A stretch of 62,675 nucleotides of DNA, filler included, from Theionarchaea archaeon (GTDB lineage: Archaea; Methanobacteriota_B; Thermococci; Methanofastidiosales; SZ-28-30): assembly GCA_018992565.1 (NCBI GenBank). It is 7 parts of 7 records of this genome, joined end to end, with 100 filler letters (N's around TTAATTAATTAA, not from the genome) between each part and the next. Parts side by side here need not be neighbours in the genome. Positions count along the whole stretch, not along the records: positions 51,806 to 55,449 come from JACVGW010000142.1; positions 55,550 to 59,140 come from JACVGW010000143.1; positions 59,241 to 62,675 come from JACVGW010000144.1; 4 more parts are not named here. One strand, given 5' to 3'. A program made the position numbers and the translations under genes. This document shows positions 52,405-61,655 of the stretch, one piece after another. The notes under the pieces are model-generated. The model was not told the origin of the DNA and did not search any database. It saw only the letters and a program-made list of their open reading frames with translations. How positions within the stretch are numbered: position 1 is the stretch's first letter; each line of letters begins with the position of its first letter.

Positions 52405-52914
52405 TTACCTGATGACGTCAGCTATTGCTCCACCCAGGATAGCAAAGAAGCCCACCAGGACAACAACCTTGACTCTCCATAGATGGCCAAACTCGGTTAC
52501 GACCTGGTAGTTGAACACTCCCAGGACAGACAAAATGACTGCGACTATCCCATAAGATACACATATGAGAGAGATAATCCTGATGGGGACATACTGTCCA
52601 AACCGCCTGTGGTCAGCCACCTTCTGGTAATCAGTGAAATAAATGAGAATTACTCCCAGCATGACAGATAATCCAAGAATACCGCCTGCTCGAAAGAGGC
52701 TGATAGAATCAGCCAGGCGCCAGACTTCCTCTGTTGTACAGAACGGACTAGAAAGAAGAGCTGCCCCAATAATCTGCTGTGCCATGTCATCAAACCCGAA
52801 AATCTCGGGTTCTGTCTTAATGCGCGATCTCAGCACTTGAAACAGTTGAGAATGTTTATCAAATGCCTTTTCCAGCTTGGACACTCGGGTTTCCAGTGAT
52901 TCTTCTGGCTGCAT
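52405..52914 (-). CDS. DUF2391 family membrane protein
   Basis: DMAQQIIGA, PFCTTEEVW and GGAIAD. Confidence 0.78.
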   Translation of the reverse strand: MQPEESLETRVSKLEKAFDKHSQLFQVLRSRIKTEPEIFGFDDMAQQIIGAALLSSPFCTTEEVWRLADSISLFRAGGILGLSVMLGVILIYFTDYQKVADHRRFGQYVPIRIISLICVSYGIVAVILSVLGVFNYQVVTEFGHLWRVKVVVLVGFFAILGGAIADVIR

Positions 52915-53012
52915 GGAAAAGTAGAGAACCGGTTCTTCATAAGGGTTATCCTTTCGTGAATTCTGCAGACACTACTGGAAAGATTTATTAAGATTAGGTC
53001 TGTTTTTAATTC

Positions 53013-53432
53013 ATGGAAAGAAAAACGAAATTCGCCCTTATAGTCATCTTGTTGGTTATTGTAGCTGTGGTCATTCTGGTGGTTGTCTTCTATGATGGTG
53101 GAGTCACTGGAAAGAATGGTGCGAAAGACTACATCCTGGATGAACTTGACGGAGAAGTCATCGAGTGCTCCATTGATGAAGAAGCTCATTTCTGCCACCT
53201 CATTTACAGGGAAGACAGCAGGACAATTGGTGAAATCTGGATCTATTACTATCCCAGTGGTATTGAACCCTATACGCCCTATACTATCAAAGGTGATCCT
53301 GACCAGATGATCCGCTCAGGTAACGTGACAATACTCCTCAAGGGGACTCAGCAGTTCAGGGAAGAAGCCTGTTCACTCTACAATGAGAAATATGGATTCC
53401 GGTGTTCTGTCTTCCAGAGACGTGAGAGATAA
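53013..53432 (+). CDS. Hypothetical membrane-anchored protein
   Basis: N-terminal TM segment, four Cys and a TATA box upstream. Confidence 0.65.
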   Translation: MERKTKFALIVILLVIVAVVILVVVFYDGGVTGKNGAKDYILDELDGEVIECSIDEEAHFCHLIYREDSRTIGEIWIYYYPSGIEPYTPYTIKGDPDQMIRSGNVTILLKGTQQFREEACSLYNEKYGFRCSVFQRRER

Positions 53433-53666
53433 ATCTCGTTCTTTGGTTTCTATGCCTGGAATTCCCGTGTCATCGTGAGGATTCCTTCTCTTTTCTTTTC
53501 TCCTTTTCTGGAAGGGGTTCTTATGCTGATTCTTGTACCTCATATAAGGTTCTATTTCAATTAGCACGTACGCTGCAGAGACCTATAAGTCCATATTGGA
53601 TCAATCTTTACGTATGCCAACGGAAAAACGTTTAAACAGGTTCTGTAAGTAAATACAGGTGAATTC

Positions 53667-54569
53667 ATGAAGAAAATTCTGGTCTATTTGAGTAATGAGA
53701 AACAGCCCAGCCTCTTTGACCTTATTGTGGCCTATGATTCTGATGTGGATGTAGTTCTGCCCTTTGGAAATATTACGCTAGAGGATATTACCAGTATGGT
53801 TCATGGGTGCATCTTCACCAGAAGACCCAAGAAACTGGTGAATACTGCGATTCTTTTCGGTGGCAATGATTCGGATCTGGCAGATGACATGATGAAGAAG
53901 GCAAAGAAGACCTTTTTTGGAGATTTTAAGGTATCTGTCATGGCAGACCCTGATGGAAATACCACCACGTCTGCTGCTACCGTGGCCAAGATCAAAGATG
54001 TCCTGGGTGACATGAAGGGAATGAAAGCTGTGGTCCTGGCAGGGACAGGTGCTGTGGGAGAGAGGGTATCAGTGCTGCTCCACAGGGAGGGAGCTTCAGT
54101 GATATTAACATCGAGGAAACTGGAAAAAGCAGAAGCTGTGTGCAAGAAGATAGAAGAGAAGTATGGCAGGGATATTACGCCATTACAGGTGTCTACAGAT
54201 GAGGAGTGCATGAAAGCTCTAGAAGGCGCTCAGATTGCAATTGGCACGGGGAAAGCAGGTATACAATTGATGAAGAAGGATATCTGGACGAAAAATCCTA
54301 CTATCAGGGTTCTGGCGGATGTGAATGCATATCCCCCGGCAGGAATCGAAGGAGTAGAAGTGGCAGATGATGCGAAGGAAGTGGACGGAAAGGTTTTGTT
54401 TGGTGCTGTTGCTATTGGTGATTTGAAGACTAAAGGGATGCGTGATGTCATTCGAAAGATGTACGAAGAGAAAGGACAGTACATGGACCTGGAGAGAATC
54501 TACGATATTACCTGGGAATCACTGGAAGTAAAAAAAGAGCGGTATGAGAAGGGAGACACAATAATGTAG
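53667..54569 (+). CDS. NAD(P)-dependent methylene-H4MPT/H4F dehydrogenase (MtdA/MtdB family)
   Basis: PSLFDLIVAYD, GCIFTR, MADPDGNTTTSAA, AGTGAVG and DVNAYPPAGIEG. Confidence 0.82.
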   Translation: MKKILVYLSNEKQPSLFDLIVAYDSDVDVVLPFGNITLEDITSMVHGCIFTRRPKKLVNTAILFGGNDSDLADDMMKKAKKTFFGDFKVSVMADPDGNTTTSAATVAKIKDVLGDMKGMKAVVLAGTGAVGERVSVLLHREGASVILTSRKLEKAEAVCKKIEEKYGRDITPLQVSTDEECMKALEGAQIAIGTGKAGIQLMKKDIWTKNPTIRVLADVNAYPPAGIEGVEVADDAKEVDGKVLFGAVAIGDLKTKGMRDVIRKMYEEKGQYMDLERIYDITWESLEVKKERYEKGDTIM

Positions 54570-54611
54570 TACTTCTCTTTTTCTGTCCTATAATAAAGTA
54601 AAAAGAAAAGA

Positions 54612-55449
54612 CTAGTAGTGTTTGGCAAAGTACACCGGATATTTTGCATCTTTCCCGCAGTAGACGCAGGTACCTTGGACTTCCTCATTGAAGGGAATAC
54701 AGCATGAAGATGCTCCTGTCTCATCTTTAATGATGGCTTCACATTCCTCAGAGCCACACCAGTTGGTCCTAACCAGTTTCTTGTCTTCGATGCAGGCTTT
54801 AAGATCTTCGTAGTTGTTTGCTGTGACCGTATTCTCTTCCAGGAATCTCTTCGCTTTTCTGAACAAGTCTTCCTGGATTGTGACCAATGTGTTCTGGACC
54901 TCTTCTTCAACTGTGTTCACGGGGATTGCCCGTTTCTCACCTGTATCCCGCCTCACCAGGACCACCTGGTCCTTTTTCACATCTCTGGGGCCTATCTCTA
55001 TCCTCACAGGGACTCCCTTGACCTCCCAGTGGTTGAATTTCCATCCTGCCGTGTATTCTTCTCTGTCATCCAGAACGACAACAACCGTTCCAAGCTTCTC
55101 TTTGACTTTCAATGCCATCTCCTGGATAGCCTCTCTACTCTCCTGGAAGATAATAGGAATAATCACTACATGAATGGGAGCTACCCTGGGAGGCAAGACC
55201 AGCCCTTTGTCATCTGAATGCACCATGACAGCCACTGCCACGGACCGCGTGGACAATCCCCAAGAGGTTTGCCACACGTATTTTTTCTGTTCATCCTTAT
55301 CAATAAAGGTGATATCAAATGCTTTTGAGAAGTGCTGTCCCAGATTGTGGGTGGTAGCACTCTGGGTGGCGCGGTTATCGGGCATCAAAGATTCCAATGT
55401 CAAGGTGTACAAAGCCCCCGGGAATTTCTCACTCTCTGTTTTAGTTCCC
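54612..55449 (-). CDS. proS: Proline--tRNA ligase (archaeal/eukaryotic type), 5' truncated
   Basis: EKFPGA, HNLGQHFSKAF, QTSWGLSTR, HSDDKGLVLPP and C-terminal FAKHY. Confidence 0.96.
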
Positions 55450-55549
55450 NNNNNNNNNNNNNNNNNNNNNNNNNNNNNNNNNNNNNNNNNNNNTTAATTA
55501 ATTAANNNNNNNNNNNNNNNNNNNNNNNNNNNNNNNNNNNNNNNNNNNN

Positions 55550-56921
55550 ATTCATGGGAATTGTTGTGAGCGTGCTGAGCCTCTCTGGCTTCTTCCATGA
55601 GGAGATACCAGTATAATTCTCGATGGACACCGCACTTCGGTGATACCTTTTTCAACTCTCCTGAATCGTGGAACCTATCCACATGACACCCTCCCCCGCA
55701 TATGTATTTGAGTTCACACTCCCCGCATTCAGGTATATCCAGTACTGAAAGCGACCTCAATTCAGAGAACACTTCGCCGGTCTCCCAGATATCCTTAAGC
55801 GTCTGTTCACGGATAGTACCTCCACAAAACCTATCATCATGGAGTCCTGCACAGGGATAGATGTTCCCGTTTGGTGAAACACTCATCATGGAAATGCCTG
55901 CTCCACAGAATTCTCTCCTCTGCATTTTCTCAACTTCATTGCGAAGGGTGTCTTCTATTGTTGTGACGATGCCTATCTTTGAAATGTCTTTCATTCTCTT
56001 GAAGGCTTCAATCAGATCGTTGTCTTCCAGTGCCACCTGTGACTCATTCTGTTTTGCCCTCCCTTTCATCTGCAGAATAGGAAAGTGAAGACTTGAGATT
56101 CCCAGGCTCTTTACAAGATGTGCCATCTCCTCCATTTCATGGACATTCTGACTCATGAGTGTCATACCTACTGTTACAGGTGCCCCCACCCTCACCAGGG
56201 TTTTCAATCCCTCAATGACTTTCCTGTATGATCCCTTTCCCCTGATGAAGTCCTGGGTTTCTTCTCGGGCTCCATCCAGACTTACCTGGACTGCAACATT
56301 CAACTCTTTGAGAACGCGAGCAATCTCATCTGTTATCTGTGTACCATTTGTGATGAGCTGGATTCCTTCCATGCAGTCATATGCATAGGCCAGGATGGCG
56401 AGAATATCTTTTCTCAGCAGAGGTTCTCCTCCTGAGACAGTCATATGTCTTGCTCCCAGCTCCTGGGCTTCTGAAATTACGTGACATATCTCTTTTTCGG
56501 TGAGTTCATTTTCCAGTGGCGGCCCTGACTCTTGATGGCAGTGAATACACCTCAAATTACATGCATTTGTGACATTGAGCCAAAAATTGTGCAGAGGGAC
56601 AGCCTTCTTGTCCGGCGTGCTGGGTGGTACCCATTCTTCTTCCCGTAGGACAGTCTTCTCCCGCAGTTCATTAACAAATGCTAGAACACTGTCCACGGAT
56701 TCATGGTACGGCTCATTGTACTTTTCGCACAGTGCCTGTATGATATGTTGCAGAGGAGTCTTGCCATCACAGAGCGTGATAATGTCCTTTCCTATGGTAT
56801 TGACAATGACCCAGTTTGGGGTCTCCGGGTCAAGCAGAAGATAGAGATCGGGTGAACCTTCTCGGGAAATCACAGTTCGGGGAGCATGGGGGGCAGAATC
56901 TAGAGTGAATGATGTGCTCAT
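55550..56921 (-). CDS. PqqD/RRE-radical SAM-SPASM peptide maturase (stop not reached before the gap)
   Basis: N-terminal RRE-like segment (NTIGKDIITLCDGKTPLQHIIQALCEKY...FVNELRE), CNLRCIHC, SGGEPLLR, and SPASM CGAG...GNIYPC...CGEC...ICGGGC...C. Confidence 0.92.
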
Positions 56922-56942
56922 CTGATCACCTGTTAAAGAAAG

Positions 56943-56974
56943 CCGAAAAACTTATAAATCTATCTTAGGATAGA
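56943..56974 (+). promoter_or_regulatory. BRE-TATA promoter with adjacent inverted repeat
   Basis: CCGAAAAA-CTTATAAA followed by TCTATC-TTAG-GATAGA. Confidence 0.6.
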
Positions 56975-56990
56975 CAAGTGAGGTGACACC

Positions 56991-57134
56991 ATGGGACTGA
57001 ACCCTAAACTTCTCAAGGCTTCGTTTGGCGTGACTCCAGAGGACGAATTTGATCCTGGTGGAGGGTGCGGTTATTGCACTGTGCAGTACTACGCATGTTG
57101 GCCCAAGTACTGCAACAATGTGTATTTGTATTGA
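56991..57134 (+). CDS. Cys/Tyr-rich RiPP precursor peptide (47 aa, missing from the ORF track)
   Basis: SD GAGGTGA 4 nt before ATG; product MGLNPKLLKASFGVTPEDEFDPGGGCGYCTVQYYACWPKYCNNVYLY; divergent from the rSAM/SPASM gene. Confidence 0.8.
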   Translation: MGLNPKLLKASFGVTPEDEFDPGGGCGYCTVQYYACWPKYCNNVYLY

Positions 57135-57182
57135 GGTATCTGTTACATAATCGAGTAGTGACTGTACTTCAACAAAGAGAAT

Positions 57183-57219
57183 ACTAGATTTGTCCCCCCT
57201 CAAGGGGGGCCCATTTAGT
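57183..57219 (+). terminator. Stem-loop downstream of the precursor gene
   Basis: CCCCCC-TCAA-GGGGGG, flanked by ACTAGAT/ATTTAGT. Confidence 0.5.
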
Positions 57220-57290
57220 GTTGCAAAGGATGGAACCCTGAAAGTCACAAGATATTTAAGGGTTATCCTGTATGTTGATTTGGTGATATC

Positions 57291-57758
57291 ACGATTCACG
57301 GTGTCAAGATAAAGGATTTAAGAGTAATTCCCGATGAAAGAGGATGGCTCATGGAGATTTTGAGGTGTGATGACCCGCTTTTTGAGAAATTTGGGCAGGT
57401 ATATGTGACTGTGGCCTATCCTGGTGTGGTTAAAGCATGGCACTGTCACAAGAAACAGACAGACAATTTCACCTGCATACAAGGAATGATGAAAGTGGCT
57501 TTATATGATGGGAGAGACGACTCACCCACATTTAAGGAGATAATGGAGCTCTTTGTTGGGGATAGGAACCCTGTGTTGATTAAAGTCCCACCCTTCGTGT
57601 ACCATGGGTTCAAAGCGCTTGGTGATGAAGCTGCGTTCTTTTTGAGTGTGCCGACACTGCCCTATGACTATGAGAACCCAGATGAGTACAGGCTGCCCCC
57701 CGATACGGAAGAAATTCCCTATGACTGGGTCCTGACCCCGGGAAAGAAGCATGGGTGA
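57291..57758 (+). CDS. rfbC: dTDP-4-dehydrorhamnose 3,5-epimerase family protein
   Basis: IHGVKIKDLRVIPDERGWLME, VKAWHCH and PPFVYHGF. The homologous N-terminus starts at ACG 57291, upstream of the track's ATG. Confidence 0.85.
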   Translation, partial: TIHGVKIKDLRVIPDERGWLMEILRCDDPLFEKFGQVYVTVAYPGVVKAWHCHKKQTDNFTCIQGMMKVALYDGRDDSPTFKEIMELFVGDRNPVLIKVPPFVYHGFKALGDEAAFFLSVPTLPYDYENPDEYRLPPDTEEIPYDWVLTPGKKHG

Positions 57759-58722
57759 TTCAGTGGATGTATTGGTGACAGGAGGCTGTGGGTTCATTGG
57801 GAGCAATTATATCAGATATGTGCTTGAGAAATATCCGGAATACCACGTTGTGAACCTGGATAAGTTGACCTATGCGGGGAACCTGGACAATCTACGGGAC
57901 ATTGAGAATAATCCCCGGTACACCTTCGTGAAGGGAGATATTTGTGATAAAGAGAGAGTGAAAGAGATTATTCCTTCCTGTGATGTTATCATTAATTTTG
58001 CTGCAGAAAGTCATGTTGACAGGAGCATTACGGGGCCAGAGCCCTTTATCCGTACTGATGTTGTAGGCACCTTCACGCTACTGGAAGCTGCCCGGCAGCA
58101 CGATGTGACCTTTGTGCAGATTTCTACTGATGAGGTGTACGGTTCACTGCAAGAAGGTGAATTTCGTGAAGATGACCCTCTGAAGCCAAATTCGCCATAT
58201 TCTGCTTCCAAGGCTTCTGCAGAGTTGCTGGTGCGTTCTTACCATGTGACGTACGGATTACCTGTTTTGATAACCAGGTCCAGCAATAATCTTGGTCCGT
58301 ATCAGCACCCTGAGAAGCTGATTCCTAAGTTCACCTTGAATGCACTTCAGGGGAAGACACTGACGATTTATGGGACGGGGGAGAATGTGAGAGACTGGAT
58401 CTACGTTCTGGACAACTGTACGGGTATAGATACGGTAGTGCACAGAGGTTCCTCAGGTGAGGTGTACAATGTCGGCGGAGAAAATGAAAGGACGAATCTG
58501 GAAATCACGCATAAGATTTTGGAAATACTGGATAGACCTCTATCTTTGATGGAATTTGTGGAAGACAGGAAGGGACATGATTTCAGGTATGCTCTGAATG
58601 TTGAGAAGATGAGGGAACTGGGATGGAACCCGCAGCACAGCTTTGAAGAAGCTCTTGAAAGAACTGTTCTCTGGTATAGAGACAATGAATGGTGGTGGAG
58701 ACCCATCTTTGGCAGAGGTTGA
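57751..58722 (+). CDS. rfbB: dTDP-glucose 4,6-dehydratase
   Basis: TGGCGFIGSN, DKLTYAG, AAESHVDRSI, STDEVYG and YSASK. Confidence 0.96.
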   Translation: MGDSVDVLVTGGCGFIGSNYIRYVLEKYPEYHVVNLDKLTYAGNLDNLRDIENNPRYTFVKGDICDKERVKEIIPSCDVIINFAAESHVDRSITGPEPFIRTDVVGTFTLLEAARQHDVTFVQISTDEVYGSLQEGEFREDDPLKPNSPYSASKASAELLVRSYHVTYGLPVLITRSSNNLGPYQHPEKLIPKFTLNALQGKTLTIYGTGENVRDWIYVLDNCTGIDTVVHRGSSGEVYNVGGENERTNLEITHKILEILDRPLSLMEFVEDRKGHDFRYALNVEKMRELGWNPQHSFEEALERTVLWYRDNEWWWRPIFGRG

Positions 58723-58781
58723 ATCTGGAACCTGATCCGAACTGGGGAAGGAAATCTGCTTTGGAGTATTGAGAATGTGAG

Positions 58782-59140
58782 GTGGACATTATAAGACTGG
58801 ATTTGAGGACAATCAAGTCAGTGCTATACTCGATTATCTGGATAGTGATCACAGCGTCATTGTGGTTTTTGTGGTTGCTTGGACTTGAGGGCTTGGTCCC
58901 AGTAGGAGATTTCACCTTCGTCATGCTTTACGGCACGCTCATGGGGGCGGGATCAGGATTCTCTCCAAGAAAAGCATTCTCCATCTGTTTCTTAGGATTT
59001 TTCATCATAGCAGTACTTCTTGGTCTTGCATTCCCCGTTGGTTTTGGAGCTCTGTTGCTTCTCAGTGTTTTTTGCGCCATATTTGCCATGATAGGCGCGA
59101 TAATAAGAAGACTAATCACTCAGAAGAAAATAGAAGAGCT
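58782..59140 (+). CDS. Hypothetical membrane protein, 3' truncated
   Basis: Four hydrophobic helices; SD GAGGTG overlapping the GTG start region. Confidence 0.6.
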
Positions 59141-59385
59141 NNNNNNNNNNNNNNNNNNNNNNNNNNNNNNNNNNNNNNNNNNNNTTAATTAATTAANNNN
59201 NNNNNNNNNNNNNNNNNNNNNNNNNNNNNNNNNNNNNNNNTGACATGTTTTGGAATGGTATTCTTTCAAATATCCTTTCTTCTTGGCCTTTTACGTTTAA
59301 AATAGTGTTGCCAGAATATTTCGGGGAAATCAATAACCGTTCTCTCTTCAAAGATGATGCAAGAACACAGAACAGGAGGAAATCT

Positions 59386-60441
59386 ATGAATATTAAAATG
59401 GGTGATATTGCTCCTTTGATGGAAGGAGCACAGAAAATCGTTTTAGAATGTGCACGGATAACTCCCAAGGAGAGAGTACTGGTTATCACGGACACGGGAA
59501 GAGATCTGGCAGTAGCATATGCACTTATGGAAGCCGCTATGGAGGTTGGGAGCGAGGTCACGGTTGTCACGATGAAAGAACGAGATGCCCCCGGATTGGA
59601 GCCACCACCGCAGGTATATACTGCCATGCTGGAGTCTGATGTTATCCTCCAGGTTACATCTACCATAATGGGATATACACAGGCAAAGAAAGATGCCTGC
59701 AAGAAGGGTGCACGGTTTGCTGCAATGACATGCATGATCCCAGAAATCCTTACATCGCCCGCCCTGACAGAAACCGATTTTGAGAATTTGAAACCTTTCG
59801 TGGAAAAAATGAGTGAAATGGTGACCGCAGCAGCCAGTGCCCGGGTGACAACTCAAGAGGGTACAGATCTTGTCATGAGCCTGGAAGGAAGAACTGCGGA
59901 ATTATGTACAGCAATTCTGGAGACTCCTGGCAAGCTATCAGGAATGCCTGATCTTGAGGTGTACATTGCACCTGTTGAAGATTCTGTTAATGGTGTAGCG
60001 ATCATTGATGCAACTATCTCTTCTTCTGGACTGGTTACATCTCCTGTAAAACTGACCATCAAGAATGGCATTGTACAGAAGATAGAAGGTGGAAAAGACG
60101 CAGAAGCCCTCCGGGACATACTTGAAAGACAGAAGAATCCCCATGTGTACCAGATAGCAGAACTGGGAATTGGACTGAACCCCAATGCACATCTACGAGG
60201 TGCCATCATTGAGGATGAAGGAGTCCTGGGGACTGTTCACATTGCCGTGGGTGATAACACCTTGATGAACGGCGCAAACAAAGCCCCCATCCATATTGAT
60301 ATGGTAATGAAAGACCCAACTGTTGTGCTGGATGGGAGTGTGGCGATATCCGCAAAAGGAAAGACCGTGTACGTTGCACCTGAGCTCCTGCCGCTGACAA
60401 CCCCTCTTGAATCTTCAGGGTGGAACGTAAGGAACCCCTGA
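59386..60441 (+). CDS. M29 (aminopeptidase T-like) peptidase
   Basis: GTDL, PDLEVYIAP, IAELGIGLNP, EDEGVLGTVHIAVG and IHID. Confidence 0.88.
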   Translation: MNIKMGDIAPLMEGAQKIVLECARITPKERVLVITDTGRDLAVAYALMEAAMEVGSEVTVVTMKERDAPGLEPPPQVYTAMLESDVILQVTSTIMGYTQAKKDACKKGARFAAMTCMIPEILTSPALTETDFENLKPFVEKMSEMVTAAASARVTTQEGTDLVMSLEGRTAELCTAILETPGKLSGMPDLEVYIAPVEDSVNGVAIIDATISSSGLVTSPVKLTIKNGIVQKIEGGKDAEALRDILERQKNPHVYQIAELGIGLNPNAHLRGAIIEDEGVLGTVHIAVGDNTLMNGANKAPIHIDMVMKDPTVVLDGSVAISAKGKTVYVAPELLPLTTPLESSGWNVRNP

Positions 60442-60540
60442 TCCAAGTCCCTCAGGCTGATACCTGACCTGTCCTGTATCAGGGGACTCACATCCGACGC
60501 CATACCCACACGTTTTTAAGGGAATAGGAGCATTCAGTTC

Positions 60541-61338
60541 ATGGTGTCGCTTTTAAGGAAGTACCTGGGCCCCCTTGTATTCATTGTATATCTGGCAAAT
60601 TGGATAGGATTCGGATTCATACTCATAAGTCGTTCTTTATCCACTCTTGACCCATTGACAATGACCAAGATTGGAATAGTCCTTTTCATTGCATCTACTG
60701 CTATACTACTCATTCTCTATAGGCGGTTATCATCGCTGCAGAAAGAATTCTTTCAGATCAGTGGCGAAATATTCGCCCTGTTTTCACTGTGTATCATCGT
60801 AAACTATGTCCTCTCTTCACGAATTCATCAGGTGGGATCATTTGAACCTTTTTTCTTTGTTCTCTTCACCCTGGCTCTCCTTGCGTATCATCTTGTTGTC
60901 AACAGGAGGACTATTGAAGATTTGGGCATTAAATCATTGGGCAAAGACGTGGAATACACAGTGGTGGCGCTCATAATAGTCTTCTGCCTTTTTCTGTGGC
61001 TCCAATTTGGCTCGCTTCTGGAGGGAATCACCCTTGGCTTTCCCTCATTTGATGAAATTGTCCTTGTAGTTCTGGTAGTTTTCTCAGAAGAAATTGCTTC
61101 GAGGTACTATATCCAAAGAAAAGCAGAAGAGGTAACAGGCCAGCGATATGGAATCTTGATTGCTGCAGTACTATTTTCCCTGCTTCATCTCACGGCAACA
61201 CACTTTGATCTGCAGTCCTTTGTCGTCCTCATCGGAAAGGGATTGATCTTTGGCTATGGGTATTCAAGAAATAAGAACCTGGCTGTGCCCTTGCTCCTTC
61301 ACGTTGTGGACAGTCTACTCCCTATCGTTTTCTTTTAA
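60541..61338 (+). CDS. CPBP/Abi family intramembrane metalloprotease
   Basis: EEIASR, FSLLH and LLLH motifs. Confidence 0.85.
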   Translation: MVSLLRKYLGPLVFIVYLANWIGFGFILISRSLSTLDPLTMTKIGIVLFIASTAILLILYRRLSSLQKEFFQISGEIFALFSLCIIVNYVLSSRIHQVGSFEPFFFVLFTLALLAYHLVVNRRTIEDLGIKSLGKDVEYTVVALIIVFCLFLWLQFGSLLEGITLGFPSFDEIVLVVLVVFSEEIASRYYIQRKAEEVTGQRYGILIAAVLFSLLHLTATHFDLQSFVVLIGKGLIFGYGYSRNKNLAVPLLLHVVDSLLPIVFF

Positions 61339-61655
61339 CGATGGAGCTACCATGAACAGAAAAAGGAGGATACGGGCTGCGAATTGGGACCTGTATTCTC
61401 CTAGAGCTCAGGGAGCCTGTCGTATGTCAGATTGTCTTCAAGTGGCTGGGGTACATGCTGGGGGTTCGTGACTGCTTATCGCCAGGCCTGCGGCTCAGGA
61501 TGGTCCTCTTTTTTAGCATCTTTCTTCTCAATCCTCTTCATCCCTACTGCTCAGTTAAGCGTGAATAAGTCATCACAATAGTCAAGGTTAGTCTAAAGGA
61601 AATCTTTATAAATACTCTTTACTATAGGAGCACAAATTGAAAGGAGGTGAAAATC

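Noticed and set aside
57291..58722. rfbC/rfbB as RiPP glycosylation genes
   Set aside because: They have their own TATA-like element (about 57253), follow the precursor's 3' hairpin, and are ordinary dTDP-rhamnose genes. No glycosyltransferase is visible.
16241..59240. Recurrent TTAATTAATTAA inside N runs
   Set aside because: These are artificial contig-joining linkers with stops in all six frames, not a biological repeat.
59386..61338. M29 peptidase and CPBP protease as processing or immunity genes of the RiPP locus
   Set aside because: The linker at 59141-59240 separates them from the locus, so adjacency is artificial.
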